Source of the DNA: Candidatus Dadabacteria bacterium
GTDB taxonomy: Bacteria; Desulfobacterota_D; UBA1144; Nemesobacterales; CSP1-2
Length of the DNA: 64,000 nucleotides
Reading direction: 5' to 3'
Assembly: GCA_963805855.1 (NCBI GenBank)
Contig: CAWDVW010000002.1
Location: forward strand, 608,001 to 672,000
Both the position numbers and the translations under genes were made by a program. Under the pieces are notes generated by a model. That model made no database searches. It had not been told where the DNA came from and saw nothing but the letters and a program-made list of their open reading frames with translations. Below are positions 8,796 to 18,835 of the stretch, one piece after another; within the stretch, counting starts at the first letter, position 1; every line of letters begins with the position of its first letter.

Positions 8796-10487
8796 TTACC
8801 AGGAACCTCCACCCCCACCTCCGAATCCCCCTCCACTGGATCCCCCTCCGCCGAACCCGCTTCCGCCAGATTTTCTGGGACTGGATGCAAAACTACTGTT
8901 CATGACAGTTAGACTTCTTCCTAGATCGGCCACGAATATCCGGGGAGCAAAAGTATCACCATATCTCGGGGAGTAGTACCATGAAGGCGGGCTTTTGTAC
9001 ATATCTTTAAATGCATCTGCCCACCTGTCTCCCAACCCGAAAACCAGGGCGTAGGGAAGTACCCTATCAAAGAGTGTGGGATCATCCTTGGCGAGTTTCT
9101 CAATGCGGTTCTTCTCAGCTCTCTCTATAAATTCTCTGAAGCCCAGTAGCTCCTCTTTTGCCAATGAACCCTTCTTTGTCTTCCTAGGCATGAATCTCGA
9201 AAACATGAGAACAAATAGACCCGATATGGCGATAGACAACTTTAATCCCCAGGATTGAAATAGAAACATAGAGGCCACAATTATTCCAATCCCGATCCAT
9301 TTGAATATTTTCCGAATGTTCTCAGGGTTCGAGGGAAAGTATCTACTGGAAATAAGCTCCTGATAAAGCGCCTTCTTGATCGGTGGGAGCACCTTGTAAA
9401 AATTGTTTTTTAGTTCAGAAATCATTACCTTATCTTTACTCGCCCCGAAAAGCCCGGAAAACACTTTATGCTCGTGGGCCTTAAGCTCACCTTGTCCCGG
9501 ATCTCTCAGTTTAATAAGCTTGTAGTCCCTGTCCGAAAAGAATATGAATTTTGGGCTCTCGGTCTCTTCGATTTTCAGAAAGCCTCTTACGGCAAGGTCT
9601 ATAACAGTCGATGTTACATCAAGAATGTCCGCGCTTTCATCCATCAGTGTTCCTGCCTCAGCTGGCGTAATATCGGCAGGAGGTTCATACCTAACGGCCA
9701 CTACACCCTTTCCATCGGGGTCTCTGCCCATCGAATACCAAACGTAGGATATCAGAAAGAGGGTCAAAAATGGCAAAGCGAAAAACCAGTTATCAGAGAT
9801 AAACCAGGAAGCCTTGCTTAGACTTGACGGTTCCTTAAAATATCCCTTCGGAACTCCGATAACAATCGAAAGTCCCTCTCCCGCAGCAAAGCTTTTCAGG
9901 GCGTTGAATTCTATGCCTGTCGGAGTAATGTTAAAATTACATTCCTCCGCTTTAGAGCCGTAAACTCCTGTATAGCATTTAACAGTAACACCCTGGGGCA
10001 CCCCTTGATCAAAGTAAACCTTTGCACTGGCTCTCCCTATCGGAACCTTCCACTCGTTGCCTGTAACGTTCCAATAGATCTCGTCATGGTCTTTAAAGAA
10101 GGTTATCGCACCATCAACCGCATAATCGATTCTATAATTCTTGACACCACTCACCACCTTATCAGGATCTCCGATCCTAATGATCAACCTTCCCCGGTCG
10201 CGACTAACTTTTTTTTCATATGGTACTCCATCAAAATTCGTAGCCCTATTAGGATGCATTCTCAGGTTATAGTTCTTGATACCAATCTGGTATTTGTAAG
10301 GGATCTCCCGCATTATTCCGTGTTTGTGCTCACTACCAAAATCGTATTCAATGTCCTCTTGGACACTTATAGACCCATCCTCTCTTATCAGCATTTCCAC
10401 ATAAAAATCCTGTATCTCTTCGGCATAGAGCGGAGCAAAAAAGGAGGTAATATAGATAGATAGGGCAACGAAAAAAGTGGATTTCAT
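8796..10487 (-). CDS. DUF2207 membrane protein
   Basis: Signal peptide, HGIMREIP, YWNVTGNEW, DLAVRGFL, LPYALVFG, Gly/Ser-rich tail ending GGGGGGSW. Confidence 0.92.
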   Translation of the reverse strand: MKSTFFVALSIYITSFFAPLYAEEIQDFYVEMLIREDGSISVQEDIEYDFGSEHKHGIMREIPYKYQIGIKNYNLRMHPNRATNFDGVPYEKKVSRDRGRLIIRIGDPDKVVSGVKNYRIDYAVDGAITFFKDHDEIYWNVTGNEWKVPIGRASAKVYFDQGVPQGVTVKCYTGVYGSKAEECNFNITPTGIEFNALKSFAAGEGLSIVIGVPKGYFKEPSSLSKASWFISDNWFFALPFLTLFLISYVWYSMGRDPDGKGVVAVRYEPPADITPAEAGTLMDESADILDVTSTVIDLAVRGFLKIEETESPKFIFFSDRDYKLIKLRDPGQGELKAHEHKVFSGLFGASKDKVMISELKNNFYKVLPPIKKALYQELISSRYFPSNPENIRKIFKWIGIGIIVASMFLFQSWGLKLSIAISGLFVLMFSRFMPRKTKKGSLAKEELLGFREFIERAEKNRIEKLAKDDPTLFDRVLPYALVFGLGDRWADAFKDMYKSPPSWYYSPRYGDTFAPRIFVADLGRSLTVMNSSFASSPRKSGGSGFGGGGSSGGGFGGGGGGSW

Positions 10488-10566
10488 TAAAGCTGCAAAA
10501 AATGTGTTTTTAATTGCCAGATTAGGTTACATGATATTCATATTATTGATTTGCCTCATCGCCCGA

Positions 10567-10594
10567 GTAGGGGCAATTCATGAATTGCCCCTAC
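10567..10594. repeat. Perfect 28-bp REP palindrome
   Basis: GTAGGGGCAATTCATGAATTGCCCCTAC equals its own reverse complement; a related decayed copy lies at ~44728-44755. Confidence 0.85.
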
Positions 10595-10607
10595 TTTGAC
10601 GCATAAT

Positions 10608-11165
10608 TCAGCCAAAACTCACACTGGGAGCCCTTCTTTCGTCCGGAGTCTCAAGCTCAAAATATTCTCTTTTTTGGAAGTTAAACATATTTGCAACTAC
10701 ATTGCTTGGTACTGATTCGATCTTTGTGTTCAAATCCCGGACCACGGCATTATAATATCTTCTTGAAAGCTGAATCTGCTCTTCAATATTCGAGAGCTCC
10801 TTTTGGAGTTCGATAAAATTTTGGTTTGCCTTTAGCTCAGGATAGGCCTCAGCCAGGGCAAAGAGGCTTCTAAGCGTCGACTGCAGGATATTCTCCGTAT
10901 GTGTTTTATCATTTGGAGAAGAAGCCTGCATGGCGTCATTTCTAGCCTTAACTACCTTCTCGAATGTCTCTTTTTCATGAGATGCGTACCCCTTAACAGT
11001 TTCAACCAGGTTCGGAATGAGATCATATCTTCTCTTAAGCTGCACATCGACATCAGACCACGATTGATCGGCGGTATTCCTCAGCCTTATAAGCGAATTA
11101 TATATGCCGACAGAAATGGCGACCAATATACCTATAATTATGAGTATGATTAAAATCCCCGACAT
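10608..11165 (-). CDS. lemA: LemA family protein
   Basis: N-terminal TM; WSDVDVQLKRRYDLIPNLVETVKGYASHE; EAYPELKANQNF; RRYYNAVV. Confidence 0.96.
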   Translation of the reverse strand: MSGILIILIIIGILVAISVGIYNSLIRLRNTADQSWSDVDVQLKRRYDLIPNLVETVKGYASHEKETFEKVVKARNDAMQASSPNDKTHTENILQSTLRSLFALAEAYPELKANQNFIELQKELSNIEEQIQLSRRYYNAVVRDLNTKIESVPSNVVANMFNFQKREYFELETPDERRAPSVSFG

Positions 11166-11219
11166 ATTTCAATTTCTCCTCAGAATTTATTTATTTTTTT
11201 ACCAGACCCCTGAACTTAA

Positions 11220-11248
11220 TTTATAAAACTCATAAACCGATAAGTCAA
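11220..11248 (-). promoter_or_regulatory. Putative sigma70 promoter for lemA-DUF2207
   Basis: TTGACT-N17-TATAAA on the minus strand. Confidence 0.5.
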
Positions 11249-11375
11249 GGGGAATTGATTTCTAAGAAGGCATAAGCGAGATTAGAAAACCTCACCGATC
11301 TTTACCCGATTATTTAACCGAGATAGGCGGGACACCCTTGTTGCGCTTAAATGCCTGAGCATCTCCTCCACATTC

Positions 11376-12602
11376 TCACCAGAGAGGATTAAAAACCAGT
11401 CCGGATAGGGTCTTCGGATAAAAATATGTTGTTTTGTGCGGTAACTTTTCATCCGCCAAAACTACTTCGAATATATCTGACGCTGTTAGCGGGGGAAGAA
11501 TAAAACCAAGTATATATTGGCCACTTTTAACAAGCTCGGATACTTCCTTAATAGACTTTGTATATAATATTTCCGACTTTTCTTCGGTAATTATCTCTTT
11601 TAGCACTACATTATGGAGTAGCATTACAGCTAAATTCTTAAATGACTCAGGATAGAGGTCCTTGGGCGAAACCTTAATAACATTCCGGGTGTCTTTTGAC
11701 AGTATGAGAAATTCCCGACTTCCCAGAGATGAGACCGCTTCCCTAAAATCAATTCTTTTAATATTAAACCTCTCCCCTATTTTCTGAATGAAATCCTTCA
11801 GATCCAGGGAGCCGAGATTTTTTAACACCCTGTGAGTGGGGTTGATCAAAAGTCCGTCATCTTCGGCACGAGCGAGGTACATCATCACGTATTCATACAG
11901 CCGCTCACCAGAACCGGTGCCCGAATTATTCCTCTGTTGGTTTCTATACTCGAGAGCCGTTTCATAACGATGGTGTCCGTCGGCGATAAGGAGATTAGAA
12001 TCCGACATTGTTGTTTTTATTTGCGATATGATATCGCGGTCAGAAATTTTCCAGAGCTTATTCCTCACACCATCCCTGTAAAGAGAATCAATCAAGGGCT
12101 CATCCTCAATATTTTCGCCGATGGCTTTTTCTATCGATCCTTCCGGATCAGAATAGATAGAAAAAACTGGGCTTAGATTTGCCTTGCATGCCAAAGTTAG
12201 CTTCAGCCTGTCGATCTTAGGCTTGGGAAATGTCCTCTCGTGGGGGAGGATAATCTTCGAAGAAAAATCCTCAATCCTGACAGTGGCGATGAATCCCCTT
12301 CGTATAATCTTTTTCCCGTCGAGATCAAACTGCTGGTGATAGGGATAGATTGATGGCTCGGCCTCTTGAATTAGAACCTGATCCGCAATCCAGTCTCTAA
12401 ATGTGGCGCCAGCCTTAACGTATTTTTGTTCACCCTCGCACTTGGAAAGGATAAGGCGAACCACATTATACGGGCTTACCCCATAGAGCTCTTCCTGCTC
12501 CTCAGGACTAATCACATCATAAGGAGGGGCAAGAACCTTAGATAAATTTTCAATTTTCTCTGGATTGTAACGAAAGCCCTGAAAACCGGTTACGACAGCC
12601 AT
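11376..12602 (-). CDS. DUF1015 family protein
   Basis: APPYDVIS, ILPHERT, IADGHHRYETA, PTHR, KTTYFYPK motifs. Confidence 0.92.
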   Translation of the reverse strand: MAVVTGFQGFRYNPEKIENLSKVLAPPYDVISPEEQEELYGVSPYNVVRLILSKCEGEQKYVKAGATFRDWIADQVLIQEAEPSIYPYHQQFDLDGKKIIRRGFIATVRIEDFSSKIILPHERTFPKPKIDRLKLTLACKANLSPVFSIYSDPEGSIEKAIGENIEDEPLIDSLYRDGVRNKLWKISDRDIISQIKTTMSDSNLLIADGHHRYETALEYRNQQRNNSGTGSGERLYEYVMMYLARAEDDGLLINPTHRVLKNLGSLDLKDFIQKIGERFNIKRIDFREAVSSLGSREFLILSKDTRNVIKVSPKDLYPESFKNLAVMLLHNVVLKEIITEEKSEILYTKSIKEVSELVKSGQYILGFILPPLTASDIFEVVLADEKLPHKTTYFYPKTLSGLVFNPLW

Positions 12603-13216
12603 TAAAAAAATCCCTGAATCAATTCTCTACTTATTTCACCCTCCCTGATGATTGAGGGTGGAGTTTTGGTCAAATCCACTACAGTCGAACCTTTTGATGG
12701 GTGTAGGCTACCCGAATCAATTATAAGGTCAACTCTAGAGCGAAACGCATCAATGATGTCATTTATATCATATAAATTATTCCTCCCGCTGATATTTGCG
12801 CTAGTAGCCGTTAGTGGTTGTGAGATGTATTCAAATAGCCGTTTCACGAACGGATGGCTCGATATTCTGACGGCCACCTTCCCGGTATCCGCTGTGATCA
12901 GGTCGGGTAATTTTATCTTTTGATTGAGCACAAGGGTTAGTGCACCTGGAAGAAAGCGGTCAATAAGCTTTGAGGCTTGCTCAGTTACATTAGCGACCTG
13001 ATGAAACATTTCAATATCCTTTACCAGCACTGGAATGGGCTTACCGTGAGGCCGACCTTTCACAATAAAAACTCTTCTTACGGATATCTCGCTTAGCGCA
13101 TTGGCACCCAGTCCATAGAGTGTTTCTGTAGGATAAACTATCGTTCCTCCGTTATTTATTATCAATGCCGCGATCTTAGGCGATTCGGGGTTTTCTTCTT
13201 TAATTACCTCAGTCAA
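12602..13216 (-). CDS. tsaC: L-threonylcarbamoyladenylate synthase (TsaC/Sua5/YrdC)
   Basis: YPTETLYGLGA, KGRP..KP, PGALT, TATSANISG, GSTVVD, IREG. Confidence 0.95.
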   Translation of the reverse strand: MTEVIKEENPESPKIAALIINNGGTIVYPTETLYGLGANALSEISVRRVFIVKGRPHGKPIPVLVKDIEMFHQVANVTEQASKLIDRFLPGALTLVLNQKIKLPDLITADTGKVAVRISSHPFVKRLFEYISQPLTATSANISGRNNLYDINDIIDAFRSRVDLIIDSGSLHPSKGSTVVDLTKTPPSIIREGEISRELIQGFF

Positions 13217-13341
13217 TGACTAATCACTCCAATCTCATCGTTAAGCAACAAAACGCGGAATAGCAGGATAATGGTATGATCCGGCTTTCTAATAAATGAT
13301 CTTACCAATCAACACTCTCATTGCAGAATGGTATAGTTAAC

Positions 13342-14445
13342 TCAAATTCTCCACCCGCCATAATAGAATAAGGCCTTCTCATTCCCCAGGATCCCTGAAG
13401 CGTAGTTAAGCCCTACTTCTGGATCAAACGGCATCATGTCAGAACCAAAGATAATACTAGCATTCATTTCATCCAGCATCTTTAGTGGATTTATACTACA
13501 AGCCCTCTCATCTCCCAATGCCTTCTGGTAAGTCTTCATGAATACTACATTAAAGTTAGGTTGTACGCAGAGAGTAACACACATTTCGTTGAGCCTCTTG
13601 ACCTGGTCAGCGTTTATCATCTCAGCATGTTCTATCCTATGTCCTTTTAGCTTAACGTTTGCCATTTCAAAGGAATTTACGGCAGCTTCAATGGCTCCAT
13701 CACCTATCGCATGCATCGAAATTCTCAACCCCTCTTTTTCAAGTCCAGAAACTATGGATATCAGTCGCTTTTCAGAGACTAAAAGATTACCCCTACTCAC
13801 CCTGTCGCAATAATCTTGTTTCAGATAGGCCGTCCTAGCGCCGATAGAGCCGTCAACAAATACCTTTACCCAGCCAAGCTGTATTGACTCGTCCTCTCCA
13901 TAAATGTCAAATAGCTCTAGAATCCGTTCATAATCTTCGTAGTAAGGCATTAAAACGACGTTCAACTGTAATTCTCCCTCTTCCCTTATCATAAAATATG
14001 TACGAGCAATGTTATAATCGACGAAATCATGGACTTCCATAATCCCTCTTGAAAGAGCCTCCCTCTGCGCCTGGAGCAACGGTCTCGTTATATCCTTTGG
14101 CTTCAGTGAAGAGGCAAGATGCCTGAGTAATCCCTCAAAAACATATCCCTTCTCTACATCAAAATTGTGGGATGGTTTCAAATTAAAATCTTCTATTACT
14201 CGATCGTTTATCACTCCAACATGTCCGTCTATTCGTATAAGAACTACGGGGAAAGGAAATCCATTGATGTCAACTTTTGTTATGTTCTCGCCCAGCGACT
14301 CCTCGTCCCAGCCCCAGGCAATTACAGGCTTATCCACCGCGCTTTGAATCATACCTATAAGATCCTTTTTGCTCCTGGCGTTTTCTATAGGAACAGTTTT
14401 AAGCGCAAATAGTTCTAAATGGGTATGTGCATCAACAAATTTCAC
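13342..14445 (-). CDS. Amidohydrolase family 3 (YtcJ-like)
   Basis: DAHTH, RIDGH, KVFVDGSIGARTA, HAIGD, RIEHA, FGSD. Confidence 0.88.
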   Translation of the reverse strand: MKFVDAHTHLELFALKTVPIENARSKKDLIGMIQSAVDKPVIAWGWDEESLGENITKVDINGFPFPVVLIRIDGHVGVINDRVIEDFNLKPSHNFDVEKGYVFEGLLRHLASSLKPKDITRPLLQAQREALSRGIMEVHDFVDYNIARTYFMIREEGELQLNVVLMPYYEDYERILELFDIYGEDESIQLGWVKVFVDGSIGARTAYLKQDYCDRVSRGNLLVSEKRLISIVSGLEKEGLRISMHAIGDGAIEAAVNSFEMANVKLKGHRIEHAEMINADQVKRLNEMCVTLCVQPNFNVVFMKTYQKALGDERACSINPLKMLDEMNASIIFGSDMMPFDPEVGLNYASGILGNEKALFYYGGWRI

Positions 14446-14618
14446 AAACTAAAATATAGCCGATAATGAATCTCTCCGCAGCGAGTTCCAGGCTACCATA
14501 TTAGAAATTCAAAGTCTCAGATGTCAATTTTGGAACCCTGATCGAGGGATTCGTGATCTACCCTGCGGCATGATCGTTCATTTAAGACGTGTAGCCATCA
14601 ATCCCTGCCCCCCAAGCG

Positions 14619-14644
14619 GGTAGCCCACCAGGCTTGCTGGTGGG
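14619..14644. repeat. GTAG REP palindrome (empty counterpart of 651-699)
   Basis: GGTAGCCCACCAGGCTTGCTGGTGGG. Confidence 0.75.
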
Positions 14645-14666
14645 ATAATTCAATGTCTAATGTTCG

Positions 14667-14889
14667 TTTTTAACTTCTTTGTCTTGATACTGAAACGAGT
14701 TCAGCACAGGTACAAAGAAGCAAAAATCAAGGCTACCCAAAAACGCGTGCGTATCGAGCGAATGCGAGATATCTATTAATATAATTAATTAGTTCTCTCA
14801 GTCACTTTGTTCCTTCGAGATGACACTAATGTGTCATTTTCTATACGTCTCCGTTTCTGATTTTTTCAACGCAATTTCTGGAAGGCCAT
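14667..14889 (-). repeat. Long composite intergenic repeat, copy A (related to 21456-21899 and 25231-25555)
   Basis: 14667-14734 equals the reverse complement of 25511-25555 plus a 23-bp insertion; 14837-14889 closely matches the reverse complement of ~25392-25444. Confidence 0.8.
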
Positions 14890-14981
14890 TTAAGTCCTTT
14901 TCATTCGGAAAAGGATTAATGAAAATTAATCTATTCACCGAATTGTAAGAATCTTGTCCCCGAATTATCTACCAGAAACAA

Positions 14982-15049
14982 GTGGAGGACTAAAGTCCTC
15001 CTCTACATTATCAATCATCAAAATGTAGCGGCGACCTTTAGGTCGCCAT
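14982..15049. repeat. REP doublet (same two REP variants as 479-546)
   Basis: GTGGAGGACTAAAGTCCTCCTCTACA and TGTAGCGGCGACCTTTAGGTCGCCAT; the second is the exact reverse complement of 521-546. Confidence 0.8.
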
Positions 15050-15234
15050 CATCCTACCTGCTGGCAATGCTAAGAATTCCCCCGTCATGACAAAAACATT
15101 AATTCGCGACCAAAATGGTATAGCCAATTCATTATGATATAATGCTTTTTTAGAAGCAGTTTAATTTCGAATTGACATGAGCAAACATATCGCTAAACAA
15201 TTCAACGGAGTGGAAAAACCAATTTAGAGAGAGG

Positions 15235-16665
15235 TTGTTTCAAATTTTAGGCAAAGAAGGACTAATCTCCTCTCCCGATGAGCTGATCGCCTACGAGTGT
15301 GACGCGCTTACAGCATACAGCATTAAGCCAATATTTGTAGTCCTTCCAAGATCAACAGAGGAGATTTCCGAGGTTATAAAATTATGCAATAAAGAGAAAA
15401 TACCATTTGTTCCAAGGGGTGCGGGAACAGGCCTCTCGGGGGGCGCACTTCCAACCGAAGAGGGAATAGTTATATCTCTAACACGTATGAATCGGATATT
15501 AGAGATTGACATTGAAAATCAGCGAGTGGTTGTCGAGCCCGGGGTTATAAACGCATGGGTTACTGACGCCGTAAGCAGTAGTGGATACTACTATGCCCCG
15601 GATCCATCCAGCCAGATTGTGTGTACTGTCGGGGGAAACGTGGCCGAAAACTCGGGGGGTGTCCACTGCTTAAAATATGGTGTTACTACGAATCATGTTC
15701 TGGGATTGGAGGTAGTCCTCCCAAATGGCGAAATTGTCGAGCTAGGCGGCAAAACCGCGGATAGGCCTGGCTATGATATCGTCGGGCTTCTGGTAGGCTC
15801 GGAAGGATTACTGGGAATTGTCACCAAGGTCATTTTACGAATAATTAGAAAGCCAGAATCGATCAAAACATTTCTTGCTGCTTTCGATAAAATCGAAGAC
15901 GCCGGTGGCGCCGTTTCCGGAATCACGGCGAAGGGAATAATACCTGCTGGCATGGAAATCATGGATTACTTCAGCATCAAAGCTGTTAATATGGCTATTC
16001 AGGCCGGCTATCCAGATGATGCGGGAGCGATACTCCTGGTGGAGCTAGACGGACCTATTGATGAGATCGAAGCCGGGATTCCACTTGTGCTGGAAGTACT
16101 AAAGGAAAACAACGCAAAAGAGATAAGGATTGCAAAGGACGACGAAGAAAGAGCCTTATTTTGGAAGGGCAGAAAAAGCGCGTTCGCGGCCATGGGCAGG
16201 ATTAGCCCGGATTATTATGTACAAGACGGTGTTATTCCTAGGAGTAAACTTCCCCAAGTGCTTAGAGAGATTAACGTTCTAAGTAAAGAATATGGACTCC
16301 GGGTCGCAAATGTCTTTCATGCCGGAGACGGCAACCTCCATCCCCTCATCCTTTACAATTCGTCTGTAACGGGAGAAACTGAGAAAACCGGAGAGTTGGC
16401 TGGCGATATTTTAAAGGTCTGCGTTGATGCTGGTGGAAGCATAACCGGCGAACACGGAGTCGGATACGACAAAAAACGGTTTATCCCCAGCATGTTCAAT
16501 GAAAATGATTTGGACACTATGAATCTTGTACGATGCAGCTTCGACCCCAACGGACTCTGTAACCCGGGAAAGCTATTCCCAACGCCCCGCACATGCGTCG
16601 AACAAGGAGGTCAAGCCTATGAAATACATCCAATACAAAAAGCGGGAATGGGTGAGATGTACTGA
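15235..16665 (+). CDS. glcD: Glycolate oxidase subunit GlcD (FAD-linked oxidase)
   Basis: PRGAGTGLSGG, APDPSSQ, GGNVAENSGG.HCLKYGVT, HAGDGNLHP, GEHGVG; true start uncertain (see findings). Confidence 0.92.
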   Translation: MFQILGKEGLISSPDELIAYECDALTAYSIKPIFVVLPRSTEEISEVIKLCNKEKIPFVPRGAGTGLSGGALPTEEGIVISLTRMNRILEIDIENQRVVVEPGVINAWVTDAVSSSGYYYAPDPSSQIVCTVGGNVAENSGGVHCLKYGVTTNHVLGLEVVLPNGEIVELGGKTADRPGYDIVGLLVGSEGLLGIVTKVILRIIRKPESIKTFLAAFDKIEDAGGAVSGITAKGIIPAGMEIMDYFSIKAVNMAIQAGYPDDAGAILLVELDGPIDEIEAGIPLVLEVLKENNAKEIRIAKDDEERALFWKGRKSAFAAMGRISPDYYVQDGVIPRSKLPQVLREINVLSKEYGLRVANVFHAGDGNLHPLILYNSSVTGETEKTGELAGDILKVCVDAGGSITGEHGVGYDKKRFIPSMFNENDLDTMNLVRCSFDPNGLCNPGKLFPTPRTCVEQGGQAYEIHPIQKAGMGEMY

Positions 16666-16710
16666 AAGCTTCTTTATTTCAAAACAATCCAAAAATTTCT
16701 TCAATAATTC

Positions 16711-18057
16711 ATGTCAGATTCAATCAAAGAAATATACAACATAGTTGGCAGCAGTAATATTTTCGACGAATCACAGGAGCTTGAAAACTATTCAGTTGAA
16801 GGCAAGGCACCTAGAATCGTCGTGTCCCCAAACACGAAAGAAGAAATCTCTGAAATCTTGAAGATCGCCAATCGAGAGTCGCTATCAGTAATACCGTGGG
16901 GCGGCGGTACAAAAATCGGTATCGGTAATAAGCCGAATAGGGCGGATATCATATTAAGTACAAATAGACTCAACCGAATCATTGAACATAGTGACTCCGA
17001 CCTTGTTGCCACTACAGAGTGTGGCATCAAATTAACTGAGTTCCAGACAGCCCTGAAGGAAAAGAATCAATCACTTCCGATCGACCCCCCACATGTGGAA
17101 CGAGGGGCCACAATCGGAGGAATAATAGCCACCAGTGACAGTGGCCCAAGAAGGCTCAGATACGGGACAGCGCATGGAACAATGAGAGAGCTCGTATTAG
17201 GGGTAAAGATTATTCGTCCGGATGGTGAGATAGCTAAGGCCGGCGCCAAAGTTGTGAAAAGCGTAGCTGGGTACGATATACCGAAACTCTTCGTTGGTTC
17301 TCTCGGTACACTTGGCATAATTATCGAAGCAACTTTAAGACTTTACACAATTCCGGAGCATTCTCTGTCCTGCCTTGCCAGCTTTTCCTCGATTCAGACA
17401 GCCCATGCGACAGCCCTTTCGATCTTAAACTCCTCTCTTACGCCCACATGCCTAGAATTAGTTAATTTGTCTCTATCGGAGTCTCTATCCACAAAGCTAG
17501 AACTAAACCTAAAAAAAAATGCATATATCCTGGCGATAAGATTTGAAAGTGTTGAAAAGGCTGTAAAGAATCAGGCAGCTAAATTAAAGGAAATATCCTC
17601 TAACTACAAAGGCCAGGCATTGATTGTTGAAGGCGATATTGAGGAAAAATTTTGGTATGAAATCACAGAATTTCCTTGGATCAAAGATAAAAACAATACA
17701 GTCGTTTGTAAGACGAGCGTTCTTATTAAAGATGTACCGATACTTTTGGAGAAATTAGAAGATCTTTCAAAAAAAACCGGAATCGAAATTCTTGCATCGG
17801 CGCGTGCCGGAAACGGTGTTTTAATAATATCCCTCGACGGCGATACCCCTAACTTACTTCCGGCCACGAGATCACTTCGGGAACAGGTAAGCTCCTTAAA
17901 TGGAAATATGGTTATTCAACACGCTCCACCTTCAATCAAATCCGAGATTGATGTCTGGGGCGAAATTGGGTCGTCCCTGGAATTAATGAAAAGGTTAAAA
18001 TCTCAATTCGACCCAAACGGGATAATGAACCCCGGAAGATTTGTAGGTGGGATCTAG
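16711..18057 (+). CDS. glcE: Glycolate oxidase FAD-binding subunit GlcE
   Basis: GGGTK, ATIGG, SGPRRLRYG, VVKSVAGYD.PKL..GSLGTLG, FDP.GIMNPGR; lies between glcD and glcF. Confidence 0.88.
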   Translation: MSDSIKEIYNIVGSSNIFDESQELENYSVEGKAPRIVVSPNTKEEISEILKIANRESLSVIPWGGGTKIGIGNKPNRADIILSTNRLNRIIEHSDSDLVATTECGIKLTEFQTALKEKNQSLPIDPPHVERGATIGGIIATSDSGPRRLRYGTAHGTMRELVLGVKIIRPDGEIAKAGAKVVKSVAGYDIPKLFVGSLGTLGIIIEATLRLYTIPEHSLSCLASFSSIQTAHATALSILNSSLTPTCLELVNLSLSESLSTKLELNLKKNAYILAIRFESVEKAVKNQAAKLKEISSNYKGQALIVEGDIEEKFWYEITEFPWIKDKNNTVVCKTSVLIKDVPILLEKLEDLSKKTGIEILASARAGNGVLIISLDGDTPNLLPATRSLREQVSSLNGNMVIQHAPPSIKSEIDVWGEIGSSLELMKRLKSQFDPNGIMNPGRFVGGI

Positions 18058-18828
18058 ATGATTAGGAGAGAACAAAAGGAAGGCTGGTTTCTAATAAATC
18101 AACATGACCATGCAGCCCTTTCGGGACAGATCATGAATTACTGGGGCAATGAAGCCTTTGAACCGCCCGACCCCCAGGATGAAGTCCTTTTTGCAATCAC
18201 CGAACACGATAACGGGTGGAGGGAGTGGGATTCTTCCCCAAGGATTAACAGTCAAACCCGATACCCAATGAATTTCATGGAGATGGACTTTCCTGACCAG
18301 AAGGCTATATGGTCCAGAAGTTTCAGGAGATTTTCCGAGGATCACCACTATGCTTCAGCGTTAATAGCACTTCATTTCAGGGTCTTCAACCAAAAAATAA
18401 TTGACAAAGACGAGGGTAACAGTGAAGCCAGGAGGCTAAATTTTGAAATGAATAAATTCATAGCTAATTCCCTGAATCTGGAATTCTCAAATTCTGGCTT
18501 GCCCCCTCTTCCAAAAAAGGCAAAAATAAATCTAAGGCTAGTGCAGGTCGGCGACATAATCTCTTTGGCTCTCTGCCATGGATGGCCTTCAATCGACATT
18601 GACGCAGCGCCTCTTAACTATGAGGGAACAGCTCTTAAGCTGAAATTGACATCCAGCGATGGTAAAAATTATATAATTAACCCTTACCCATTTTCTCAAG
18701 ATAAACTAAGATTTCAGATAATTGGTAGAAAACTAGGTCAAAAACAATTTAACGGTGATGACGAACTACGGCAATTATTAAATGAATCCAATTTCGAAAC
18801 TCTTGAAGTATCAATCAAGAGTGAATGA
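18058..18828 (+). CDS. DUF3891 family protein
   Basis: MIRRE..GW.LI.QHDHA.LSG..., AI.EHDNGWREWD, YA.ALIALH, D.ISLALC. Confidence 0.82.
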   Translation: MIRREQKEGWFLINQHDHAALSGQIMNYWGNEAFEPPDPQDEVLFAITEHDNGWREWDSSPRINSQTRYPMNFMEMDFPDQKAIWSRSFRRFSEDHHYASALIALHFRVFNQKIIDKDEGNSEARRLNFEMNKFIANSLNLEFSNSGLPPLPKKAKINLRLVQVGDIISLALCHGWPSIDIDAAPLNYEGTALKLKLTSSDGKNYIINPYPFSQDKLRFQIIGRKLGQKQFNGDDELRQLLNESNFETLEVSIKSE

Positions 18829-18835
18829 GAATAAA

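Noticed and set aside
8796-8870. GC-rich low-complexity stretch
   Set aside because: It encodes the usual Gly/Ser tail of DUF2207 proteins
18055-18060. In-frame TAG-ATG junction of glcE and DUF3891 as a read-through fusion
   Set aside because: glcE ends with its normal C-terminus (PGRFVGGI) and DUF3891 begins with its normal N-terminus; simple tight coupling explains it
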